Shown here: one piece after another, positions 52,348 to 62,200 of the stretch
Numbering within the stretch: the first letter of the stretch is position 1
Layout of the letters: each line of letters begins with the position of its first letter
Assembly (NCBI GenBank): GCA_963676915.2
Contig: CAXXVK010000030.1
Location: 28,978 to 92,977, forward strand
Length of the DNA: 64,000 bases
Reading direction: 5' to 3'
From: Myxococcota bacterium
GTDB taxonomy: Bacteria; Myxococcota_A; SURF-8; G963663525
Position numbers and translations under genes: made by a program
Notes under the pieces: generated by a model
What the model was told of the DNA's origin: nothing
The model's database searches: none
The model's input: the letters and a program-made list of their open reading frames with translations, nothing else

Positions 52348-55300
52348 ATGGAAAAACACCCAAACGAGCAGGATAGACGTTTCGGCGCAATTGCCGTCAG
52401 ACTGGGACTCATCCGACAAATTCAGCTCGATAAATACTTCAACATGGGACCATTTACTCTTTCGTTGAAAGAGCATCTGATCCAAGAGAAAAAAATTTCC
52501 GAACAAGAAGCCAGGGAAGTTGAAGAAGCCATCGAAAGAAATGCGTTGAAATCTCAAGAAGATTTCGACACTATCGACGGCCTCGGCACTCCGGAATTGG
52601 AAGAAAGCGATACACTCGATCCTGAGGAAAGTACCCACACACCTGCACCCAAAGTCGAAATTATCGAGGATTCCGAATCCGGTGATACCTTGTGGACAGC
52701 CAATATTTCCGACAGACAGCATCAAGTGAAAGACGATCCATTTGCCCTTGAAGACTCCGACGAGGAAGAAGGTGCAACACTCTTTCTTTCGACGGAAGAT
52801 AGGGCAAACAGTCCAACGAAGATTTTGCATCCAGGTCTAGAAGACGATCCGACAAAAGGTTTCGATTCCGTAGGCGATGAGGAAGCAACGTTATTCGTTG
52901 CGGCTACCTCCCAAGCTCCTGCCCCATCGAAAACGCCTCCCCCGCCTCCTTTACAACAACCATCGCATCCGAAAACCAACAAACAGGAAAAATCGTCTTC
53001 CAAAGAATCCGATCGCGCCGGACTTCACATCGCAACGGAACACCCCGGACGCTACAAAATCATCAAGGAATTGGGGCGTGGAGGCATCGGACGGGTCATG
53101 GTCGCCGAGGACGACCACCTCGGACGACCGGTCGCGATAAAACAGCTTCTCAAGCAGGGAACGACCCGACTGGATGATCCCAACCTTACTTCCGATCCGA
53201 CTCTGATGCGTTTTCTGCTAGAAGCCAAGGTTACCAGTCAGTTGGAACATCCCGGAATCGTTCCGGTGCATGAAGTAGGAATGCGTCAGGACGGCTCTTT
53301 CTATTACACAATGAAAGTGGTCAAGGGGAAAACGCTCAAGCAATTGACCACCGGCAAGAATCTTGGCGGACGCCTCAAATTGCTGCCCCACCTGATCGAC
53401 CTTTCGCAAACCATCGCATATGCCCACAGCCGGGGAGTGATCCATCGGGACATCAAGCCCCAAAACCTGATGATCGGCGAGTTCGGTGAAACGGTACTGC
53501 TCGACTGGGGACTGGTCAAAGTCGAAGGTGAAAAAGACCTTCGCGAAAGTGAGTTGCATAAAGAACTGCAACTATTGAAAAACGCTTCCCATTTGGAAAC
53601 GGCTCAAGGCCGCCCGATGGGAACTCCGGCCTATATGTCTCCCGAACAGGCGGAAGGACGTATTTCGGAAATCGACGCCCGCTCGGACGTGTGGTCGCTG
53701 GGTGCCATGCTGTACGAACTCCTGACCGGACGCCCTCCGCACATTGGAAAAAACGCGTGGGAAGTCGTCAACAAAGTCATCAACCAGCCGATTGCCCCCG
53801 TCGAAACCCTGGAACCGAATGCACCACCGGAACTTTCGGCGATCTGTATGCGTTGCCTGGAGCACGACCCTGCCGACCGCTACGAATCAGCTATGGACCT
53901 TGCCCACGACCTGGACAACTTCCACACCGGCGGCCTGGTTTCGGCCTTTTCCTATAGTATATGGCAACTGATTCGACGCTGGGTCGAACGACACAAAGCG
54001 ATTGTCGCAACAGCTTCCGTCAGCCTTCTGGCGCTGATGATTCTTGCCATCTATTCTTATGTTACGATCAGCCTGAAAAACGTCGAGTTGAAAGTTCAAC
54101 GAGACGAAGCGGTTGCCGCACGCCAGGAAGCTCGACAGAATCTCGAACAACTTTACCTGCAACGAGCCTCTCTTGCAGAAAAAGAGCACAAGTGGGACCA
54201 GGCCAGCGTCTACTACAGTTCGGTGTTGTCTGAAACACGGGATCAAGCCGCCCTCGACGGCCTGTACCGTTCGCTCAGTGCCCCCGGTTCTCCCCAACTC
54301 GTCTTCACGGCACCGATGCGAAAACGGTTTTACTCCCTGATCGCAGATCCCGAAAACGAAACCCTGTGGGCTGGAGAATCCAACGGTATCCTGCAAAGCT
54401 GGCATCTCAAAACCGGCAAGCCATACCTTCCCCGAGGGGTATTTATCAAGCAGATTTCCTCCATGGCGATTTCGAAAAACGGCAAGCTGCTGGCTGTCGC
54501 CGGACAAGATACCGAGGACCGACTGATCAAAATCCTCTCGCTTCCCGAGTATCGCGTCCTGTCGATTCTGCGAGGTCACGGGCAACTTATCAGTTCGATG
54601 GCTTTTATCGACGATGACAACACGCTGGTCTCCGCCAGTTGGGACGGAAGCCTGCGTTACTGGGATCTTTCTCAGGGAAAACAAGTCCTTCAGTGTGATA
54701 TCGACCAAGGCTTTTTATGGTCGTTGGATATTTCTGAAAACGAAGAAATCGTCGCGGTAGGTGGCAGCCGAGGAGCCTTTACCTTGCTACCTACCCATGA
54801 ATGTAAAGCCTACGTTTCGATACAGCATCTACAAGTAGAGGAAGATCAATCAAGCTTTCTGTACGGGCTGAAATTCTGCGGCGACGACCGCTACGTACTC
54901 TCTGCGGATTCTCACGGTTTCATCAAACGGTGGTCCCTCGGATCGACCATTCACGAGCAGGAAATGGGGCGATTTTTCGGAGAAGTTTACAACCTCGACT
55001 GCGAAGGTGGACATTGGTTCGTGATCGGCGAAGAAGGTCACGTTCTCAGCGGATCGGTCGAACCGGCAGAGAATGAATCACCCCGCCATTGGCTGGACGG
55101 CATCCACGACTTATGGGCAGGTACCTGGATCGAGGATGGAAAATTTATTGCCGTTGCCGGTGGAGATGGCGTAGTGCGTATTCGAGATCGAAGGGGAAAA
55201 CTGGTCCGACAAACCCCCCAGGGTCACTACCGGGATCTGAAACAGCTTTCTTTCGACCGCACCGGAGAACGACTCGCCAGCGTGGACAGCGAAGGAGAAA

Positions 55301-57045
55301 CCCGCATCTGGAACCTTTCCTCGAAAACTATGGAAACCATCGAACCCGGCAACGCCGCAACAACCCTCGCGCCATCACCGGATGGCTGGTGGACCCACGG
55401 ATTCGTATCGCCGTTGCGCTACCGACAACCTAAAGAAGATAAAATCGCCCTTTGGTACGAAGGTGGAATCGAAGCCGGAATGGAGAACAAAACCATCCGT
55501 TTCCGCCGAAGGACACCGGATACCATCGGCAATAAAAAAACGGTCGAACCTCCGCGCGCACCGGAAAGTGCCTTGCTGCACCCGATTGCGGGTGTAAGCG
55601 ATATGTTTGTCGATGATCTTCAGCACAAACTGGGTTATCTGACCGAGGATGGTGCGGTAACCGTTCTCGGAGACGGAGGGGAACGCTGGAACCTGCCTTT
55701 CGCGTTAGCTTACCGGGCGGCATTTTCTCCCAATGGCACGGTGCTGGCTGTCGCCACCATGGAAGACCGCCTACGACTGTGGAGACTCGAAAAAGGCGGA
55801 AAACTCGTTGAATTGACCCAACCCTGCCCTATTCCCACAATCAAGCAAATCGTTCCGTTCACAGATACTTCGCTTGTCGGCTTGCTGCTTGCCAATGGTG
55901 CGTTCGATCTTTATGAACCTTCCACTCACACCAAACTCGCAACCCTGGTACGACCCGGTCACCCTTACTTGACAGCCAAGGCGCACCCCCTGAAAACCAT
56001 GGCGGCTTTGGGCGGGCAATCAGGAAAACTGGAAATCTTTGATTTCACTACAGATTTCTCACGAACCTCCGTTACATATGAAAACGACATAGAAATGATT
56101 TTGCCCGCTACCAGCGGCCAACGCTACTATGCCTCCTTCTTTCCCAGTCAGGTCATCAAATCCGATCCGCAAGGTCGAATTCTGTGGAGTCAAAACCCCA
56201 CGATGGGAAAAAACATCATGGCATTGAGTCCCGACGAGAAACTTTTGGCTGTGGCCAGTGACATTATGCATGAAATGGTCCTGCTCAACACCTCGGACGG
56301 GAAAGAGAAACAACGTGTTTCTGATCCCAACGGCATGTTCGCTACGCTTGAATTTCATCCGACAACATCTCGGCTGGCTACTCTGGATGGAGAGAACGTC
56401 GCCTCCATCTGGCAGGTTCATCCCGAATTGGTACGAGCTACACAGTTAAAAAGCCCCGAAGGAAGCCTGCTTTCCCTCGCGGCGTTGCCAGGCTCCGGTG
56501 AACGATGGTTGACCGGCTGTGAAGACGGCAGCATTCTGCTTTGGGACGGCAAAACGGGGAACATTTTGAAAACGATCCCTGGACATTTGGCTTCGGTAAC
56601 CAGCCTGGCCGTCTCACCGGATGGAAACGTGCTAGCCTCCGGTGGTGCGGATTTCACGATCCGATTATGGAACCTGCAAACGGGAGAATCCATCGCAAAA
56701 ATGCAAGGACACGCCAAACCCGTCACATCTCTCTCTTTCTCTTATCGTGGCAACTACTTGATATCACATGCACAAAAGGGAAAAACGATCTTATGGGACA
56801 TGGGAAAGCATCGAAGCCTCATCGGGTTCGAAAACTTAGGAACCCAACGTGTGCGCTTTTTGAAAAACACCGACCGGTTCATTACCGAAAAAGGGAATCG
56901 TGCTTACAGTTGGCCCTTGCTTCCGTGGACCTGGCAGACCCAAGGACAGGAAATTCAGAAAAAAATCTTCAATGGAACCTCTTTACGGCTCGATGGACTT
57001 GACGTGAAGCCCGCTTCTGCGGTAAACCCATTGACAACGTTCTAA
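52348..57045 (+). CDS. Hanks-type Ser/Thr protein kinase with TM segment and C-terminal WD40 repeats
   Basis: LGRGGIG, VAIK, HRDIKPQN, DWG, GTPAYMSPEQ, DVWSLG; hydrophobic helix; GH...WD repeats. Confidence 0.93.
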   Translation: MEKHPNEQDRRFGAIAVRLGLIRQIQLDKYFNMGPFTLSLKEHLIQEKKISEQEAREVEEAIERNALKSQEDFDTIDGLGTPELEESDTLDPEESTHTPAPKVEIIEDSESGDTLWTANISDRQHQVKDDPFALEDSDEEEGATLFLSTEDRANSPTKILHPGLEDDPTKGFDSVGDEEATLFVAATSQAPAPSKTPPPPPLQQPSHPKTNKQEKSSSKESDRAGLHIATEHPGRYKIIKELGRGGIGRVMVAEDDHLGRPVAIKQLLKQGTTRLDDPNLTSDPTLMRFLLEAKVTSQLEHPGIVPVHEVGMRQDGSFYYTMKVVKGKTLKQLTTGKNLGGRLKLLPHLIDLSQTIAYAHSRGVIHRDIKPQNLMIGEFGETVLLDWGLVKVEGEKDLRESELHKELQLLKNASHLETAQGRPMGTPAYMSPEQAEGRISEIDARSDVWSLGAMLYELLTGRPPHIGKNAWEVVNKVINQPIAPVETLEPNAPPELSAICMRCLEHDPADRYESAMDLAHDLDNFHTGGLVSAFSYSIWQLIRRWVERHKAIVATASVSLLALMILAIYSYVTISLKNVELKVQRDEAVAARQEARQNLEQLYLQRASLAEKEHKWDQASVYYSSVLSETRDQAALDGLYRSLSAPGSPQLVFTAPMRKRFYSLIADPENETLWAGESNGILQSWHLKTGKPYLPRGVFIKQISSMAISKNGKLLAVAGQDTEDRLIKILSLPEYRVLSILRGHGQLISSMAFIDDDNTLVSASWDGSLRYWDLSQGKQVLQCDIDQGFLWSLDISENEEIVAVGGSRGAFTLLPTHECKAYVSIQHLQVEEDQSSFLYGLKFCGDDRYVLSADSHGFIKRWSLGSTIHEQEMGRFFGEVYNLDCEGGHWFVIGEEGHVLSGSVEPAENESPRHWLDGIHDLWAGTWIEDGKFIAVAGGDGVVRIRDRRGKLVRQTPQGHYRDLKQLSFDRTGERLASVDSEGETRIWNLSSKTMETIEPGNAATTLAPSPDGWWTHGFVSPLRYRQPKEDKIALWYEGGIEAGMENKTIRFRRRTPDTIGNKKTVEPPRAPESALLHPIAGVSDMFVDDLQHKLGYLTEDGAVTVLGDGGERWNLPFALAYRAAFSPNGTVLAVATMEDRLRLWRLEKGGKLVELTQPCPIPTIKQIVPFTDTSLVGLLLANGAFDLYEPSTHTKLATLVRPGHPYLTAKAHPLKTMAALGGQSGKLEIFDFTTDFSRTSVTYENDIEMILPATSGQRYYASFFPSQVIKSDPQGRILWSQNPTMGKNIMALSPDEKLLAVASDIMHEMVLLNTSDGKEKQRVSDPNGMFATLEFHPTTSRLATLDGENVASIWQVHPELVRATQLKSPEGSLLSLAALPGSGERWLTGCEDGSILLWDGKTGNILKTIPGHLASVTSLAVSPDGNVLASGGADFTIRLWNLQTGESIAKMQGHAKPVTSLSFSYRGNYLISHAQKGKTILWDMGKHRSLIGFENLGTQRVRFLKNTDRFITEKGNRAYSWPLLPWTWQTQGQEIQKKIFNGTSLRLDGLDVKPASAVNPLTTF

Positions 57046-57173
57046 GTCAATTCACCAGCATTCCATCGTGGAATCCGTTGCGTTCTTTTCTTTCGTGGTC
57101 CCCATACCATTCCTCGTGCCGTTTTCACGGTTTCGAATAACAATCCCCATTCCCTTGCTTTCCAGGTAATCTC

Positions 57174-58646
57174 ATGAACATGAAACGATCGATCGGAGTT
57201 TTTTTGGTACTGCTTCTGCTTCCCAGTCTGGCATTCGCCGAAGGATGGGAAGATAAAGTCGACTTTTCGGGTAGTTTGTCGAGCGACATGCGGTACATCA
57301 TCGAAAACAACCGTGGCGAAATCGATGGCCAGGGCTACGAGTTCCAATTGAACCGCAACGAGTTGAAACTCCGCCTCGAAGTGTTTCCGGTCGAAAATGT
57401 TCGAGGCGTGGCCGAAACCCTGCTACGTTTCGATGGCTACAACAACGCCAATGATTTGCCCGCCCTTACCGAGCGTTCCAAAATCGATCCGTACGAAGTG
57501 CAGCTAAACGAAGCGTTTTTGCATCTTCGTTACGAATACGCCGAGGTTCGCCTTGGCCGTTTCGCCGTCAACTGGGGAACCGCCGACCAGTTCAACCCGA
57601 CCGATGTCGTTTCCCCGAGAGATCTTTCGGATACTTTGGAATACACAACAAAAGTGCCTAACCAGATGATCGAGGCAAAGTTTTTCCCCACGGATTTCTT
57701 TAATTTTACGGTGATCTGGGTGCCGATATTCAAGCCGTCTCAGCTTCCGGCCAGCGCCGTACTGGGGTTTGCACCGGGACGCAACCCACGAACGGGCGAA
57801 GTCGTCAGCTTCCCGGCCCCACCGCTGAAAGATTTTAGCGAAATCAAGGAATTACAGGATATGGCTCTTGGCATGGGCATCACTCTCGATGAAACCGCCG
57901 TCAATACCGTATATCCTAAAAACAACTTGAGGAACAGCCAGGCGGCGGCGAAACTGCAATTCCAGTTTGACGACATCGACTTTTCATTCAGCTACTATTA
58001 CGGGCGATTTTCCTTTCCCCAAGCATTAAACGCCTACGCCTATCTAAACGCCAACGGCGGTGTCAATTACGACGTGGAAATCATGTATCCGCGCATTCAT
58101 ATGGCCGGGTTCGATATGTCCTATCCGCTGACCTGGCTGTTCGACATCGGTTTCCGGGCGGAGGCCGCATTGTATTTCCCAGAGGAAGTCACATTTGGCG
58201 TACTGGTTGATCCAGCACTTGAAGATGTCCAAATCACCAGCCACAACGTCAGTGGCGACCCCTTCGTCAAAGCCACGGTGGGTCTGGACTACACCTTCAC
58301 CTCATGGTTCTATGTCAATACGATGTACGTTCGCGGATTCATCGACGAATTCGACGATCTGTCGGGACTCCACAACTATACGGTAGCCAACGTGGACTTC
58401 AAATTCTTCGAGGACGAATTGCAAATCAAGCTTGCGGGTGTCCTGAATGTGGACGATCTGAGTGCCACACTGTTCCCTCAAGTAACCTGGATTGTGGTGC
58501 CTTCGGTGGAATTGATCGCCGGTACGTTGATCTTCCTGGGTGAAACCGTGCCGGATGAACCGCTGGACTTCGCCGCCAAGAGCAAATTCGGACAAAAAGC
58601 GACGGGTCGATCCATCGCATTTCTCAAGGCAAAACTGACGTTTTGA
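57174..58646 (+). CDS. Outer-membrane beta-barrel protein (DUF1302-like)
   Basis: Signal peptide (AFA-E); LNEAFL, RLGRFAVNWGTADQFNPTD motif; C-terminal Phe (KLTF). Confidence 0.7.
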   Translation: MNMKRSIGVFLVLLLLPSLAFAEGWEDKVDFSGSLSSDMRYIIENNRGEIDGQGYEFQLNRNELKLRLEVFPVENVRGVAETLLRFDGYNNANDLPALTERSKIDPYEVQLNEAFLHLRYEYAEVRLGRFAVNWGTADQFNPTDVVSPRDLSDTLEYTTKVPNQMIEAKFFPTDFFNFTVIWVPIFKPSQLPASAVLGFAPGRNPRTGEVVSFPAPPLKDFSEIKELQDMALGMGITLDETAVNTVYPKNNLRNSQAAAKLQFQFDDIDFSFSYYYGRFSFPQALNAYAYLNANGGVNYDVEIMYPRIHMAGFDMSYPLTWLFDIGFRAEAALYFPEEVTFGVLVDPALEDVQITSHNVSGDPFVKATVGLDYTFTSWFYVNTMYVRGFIDEFDDLSGLHNYTVANVDFKFFEDELQIKLAGVLNVDDLSATLFPQVTWIVVPSVELIAGTLIFLGETVPDEPLDFAAKSKFGQKATGRSIAFLKAKLTF

Positions 58647-58685
58647 TACAATGGTAAAAAGGTGTGATTTTTCCCTTTTGTTTTC

Positions 58686-58714
58686 TTGACAAGAATCCAC
58701 GAAGCGAGTAAAAG
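58686..58714 (+). promoter_or_regulatory. Sigma70 promoter of the tRNA pair
   Basis: TTGACA, 17-bp spacer, TAAAAG. Confidence 0.7.
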
Positions 58715-58768
58715 AGCGTTCCACGTAAGGGAGTTAAGGGTTTTCGAGCTTTTGACTGCAACGTGACC

Positions 58769-58844
58769 GGGCCGGTAGCTCAGTTGGTAGAGCAGCGGAC
58801 TTTTAATCCGGAGGTCGAGGGTTCGAGTCCCTCCCGGCTCACCA
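58769..58844 (+). tRNA. trnK: tRNA-Lys (UUU)
   Basis: 76-nt cloverleaf; anticodon arm GCGGA-CTTTTAA-TCCG; GTTCGAG T-loop; encoded CCA. Confidence 0.97.
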
Positions 58845-58867
58845 TTTGAAAATTGAAAAACGACAGT

Positions 58868-58942
58868 GGTCCCATCGTCTAAGGGTTAGGACACCGGGTT
58901 TTCGACCCGGCAATCGGGGTTCGAATCCCCGTGGGATCGCCA
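58868..58942 (+). tRNA. trnE: tRNA-Glu (UUC)
   Basis: 75-nt cloverleaf; CCGGG-TTTTCGA-CCCGG anticodon arm; GTTCGAA T-loop; ends GCCA. Confidence 0.95.
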
Positions 58943-58952
58943 AAGTTTTTTT

Positions 58953-58995
58953 AACAGCGTTTTCAGCTAACATACTGAAAACGCTGTTTGTTTTT
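58953..58995 (+). terminator. Terminator after the tRNAs
   Basis: AACAGCGTTTTCAG...CTGAAAACGCTGTT followed by TGTTTTT. Confidence 0.85.
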
Positions 58996-59201
58996 GTGAC
59001 CTCGAATTTCTCACCATCAAAGTCCAATCCCTAAACAAAAAAGACTTGGAGTTTACCCCGCAGTATTCATGAGGATTGTAACTATTCGTTCGGTTCATCA
59101 TGGCAATTTTTCGGAAATTGACCCATAATAGGTATTTCATCGAATGCAAACCCTGTATGACTGCATTATTGTTAAGAAATCATGGATCGGGAGAATCAGC
59201 A

Positions 59202-62200
59202 ATGAATTGGAAGCTTCAACGGTTGATCTGTTTGTTATTCCTCTTGTTTTTTGTTTCAGCCTGCGGTTCCGGCGATGGTGGTTCCGACTCGAACCTTCCC
59301 GAAGGCGATCAAGAAATTTCCGAATACACGGATACGGACCTGGACCTCGATGCCGTGGTTGAGCAGGACATTCAGGAAGAAATCCCGGAAGAAGAGACCG
59401 ATGTTCCAACCGAATCCGAGCAGGACGCGGACCTTGACGCGGATGACGATGTGACGGATACCGCCGAAAACGAGGAGAGTATCGAGCAAGACGAGGATGT
59501 CGCCGAACAAGAGGAACTTGCTCCGCCGGAGGAGTGCGATCCGATTCTCGCCAGCAGTCTCGGCGGGGTTCCCTACGATTTTCAGGTGGATACCGACAAT
59601 TTCTTGCTACATGTCGCCCGTGGAGCGGGAGGCTACCAGATTTTCGGCATGGACGATTCGGCTCATCCCGAACTGCTGGTCCGCGTTGATCTCCCCGGCG
59701 AAGCCGTAGCGATTCAGGTGGAAGAAAACCTTGCCTACATTGCCTATTACGAGTGGGATTTGGATGGTTTCGTGGGAGGTCTTGCGATTTACGACATCGA
59801 AGACCCAAACGCACCCCAATTTGTCGGTCAAGCCGAAACGAACCGACGCAAGCCGTATCGGGACATCATGATTCGAGGCGATGTCGCCTATTTGACCAAC
59901 GGCGACACGGGGTTGGCAGTTATCGACATTACCGACAAAAGCTCTCCACGGTGGTTTTTCGCTATTCTTCCCGACCGTGAATTGGGAGACATGGCTCTAG
60001 TTGGTGATACGCTCTTGATCGCGGATACCACATCGACTCTCGGTTCGTTGCAGATCGTCGATATTTCCGATGCTCTGTACCCAAATTCCACAGGTACCTA
60101 CACGGCTTTGGAAAGTGCTAATGGGTTGTCTCTCTGGGAAGAAACGCTCTATGTCGCAGACGGCTACGGTGGTATCGTACTGCTGGACGTTTCGACACCG
60201 GATTCACCGCAACCCCTTGAAACCATTAGTAGCAATTCCCAATATGTGTATGACGTGGATTTCGATGGCGAAACCCTTGCCGCAGCCGTACGGGGCGAAG
60301 TGCTGACACTGACAAAGTCGGAAGACGACTACTGGCAAACGTCCCATCGCCTGACGGCACGAAATCCGAGAAAAATCAAAAATATCGGTGAATTGTTGGT
60401 TGTTGCCAGCAACGCCGGATACGGGGATCGAATGCGCTGGTATGGTAGCTTGGATCTGATTCAGCTTCCACCGGAGGAACCCGCCCGGAAAATCGGCTCG
60501 CTTCCCAGGCTCGATTCCGCGCTTTCTTTGGCTCGCTGGGGTGATACGCTTTTCGTGGCCGAGGCGGAATGCTCCGTGGGACTGCCACAGGACTGCGAAG
60601 GCTCGCTCAACCTGTTCGATGTCAGCGACGAGAACCACCCGCAACTACTGTCGCGCACAAGTCTTGAAGAAGCTCAGGATGTCGTGGTGGATGGCGAATA
60701 TGCCTATGTTGCGGACGGAGAGCACGGATTGGTGATTCTCGACGTTCAAGATCCCATGAATCCGGTTTCCGTAACGGGACACAATCTCCCCGGTCAGGCG
60801 GTAGATGTGGCGCTGGCGGGTGACTATCTATTCGTAGCCAACGGGACGTATGGATTGGATGTCTACGAGCTTGGTCGAGAACCATTTCTTAGCTATATCC
60901 GACATATTCAGGCGTCCCAATTTATCGGACAAGTCGGAACGAGCCGAGGGACCGTCGTGTTTGCGGACAGTCGATTTTTATATACATATAGCTTCGACGA
61001 ACTGAACGATCTGGAATCGGACGAACCCTGGCAGGCCACAGCTCAATTCGAACTGATCGGTGCACCCATCAGTATGCATGTTTCGAATGAAATGGCTTAC
61101 ATAGGAACCATTGGTCATTATTTGCAAATCGTTTCTCTCGCCGACCCGCTCAATCCTGTTTCCCTGGGTACCTTCCAATTCGATGACGAACCTAGAGATA
61201 TGTATAAGCAAGGAGATATCCTGTATGTCGCGAACAATCTTCAAGGATTGATCGTGTTGGATGTCTCCGATCCCTCCGCACCGTTTATCGAAACCCGTTT
61301 CGACACCTTGGGATATGCCCAAGATGTGCTGTTTGCCAAAGGATTCGCTGCCGTTGCGGACGATGACGGCGGTCTGTTGCTTCTCGAAACCCGTTGTCCC
61401 TGTGCCACTGGATACACAGGCGGATATTGCGAACTCTGTGACGAATCGCTGGGATTCTCGATGGCGCCGGACGGCTTTCGCTGTCAGGAAGACCCTTGCT
61501 TGCCGAATCCTTGCCAGGATGAAAATCGCAGTATCTGCCGCTCCGATTTGTGGGGATATCCATTATGTTTCTGTGACGATGGAATGCGGGAATACGCGGA
61601 CGGCGGTTGCCGTCCCATCGCTCCTTGTGCCTCCGACACAACCTGTAGCGAACAATACCGTTTTTGCATGGAAGAAAACGGCTACGCGGTCTGCGGAAAC
61701 TGTCTGCCGGGAACGCACGAGGACGACCAGACCTGCGTGCCCGATCAGGATTGCCTGCCGACAAGCTGTGCCGGAAACGGTCAGTGCGAAGATGCGGGCG
61801 ATACGGTGACCTGCACGTGCAACGAAGGCTATGCTCTTCCCCATTGCCAGGCTTGCGACGCTTCGGGTGGCTGGCATCTTTCCGGTGATGGCGTGACCTG
61901 CACGCAGGATCTCTGCGATCCCGATCCCTGCAATATGAGAGGGGAATGTCAAGCCGAAGACGGTTCCTGTATCTGTGAAACCCGCTTTTCCGGCGAGCAA
62001 TGCGAATCTTGCGCGGACAGCGAATTGATCTGGCCCAATTGTTATGCTGAAGAAGAATTGACGGATGATTTCGCCATGATCGGTCGTGGGAAATTCACAA
62101 TGGGAAGTCCCGCCGACGAACCTTTCCGAGCGGAGTATACCTACGATGTCGAACTCCTGCACCATGTGACGCTGACACGGGATTTCGAGATTTCCCAGTA

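Noticed and set aside
58839-59034. Short ORFs overlapping tRNA-Glu
   Set aside because: Spurious translations of the tRNA and its terminator.
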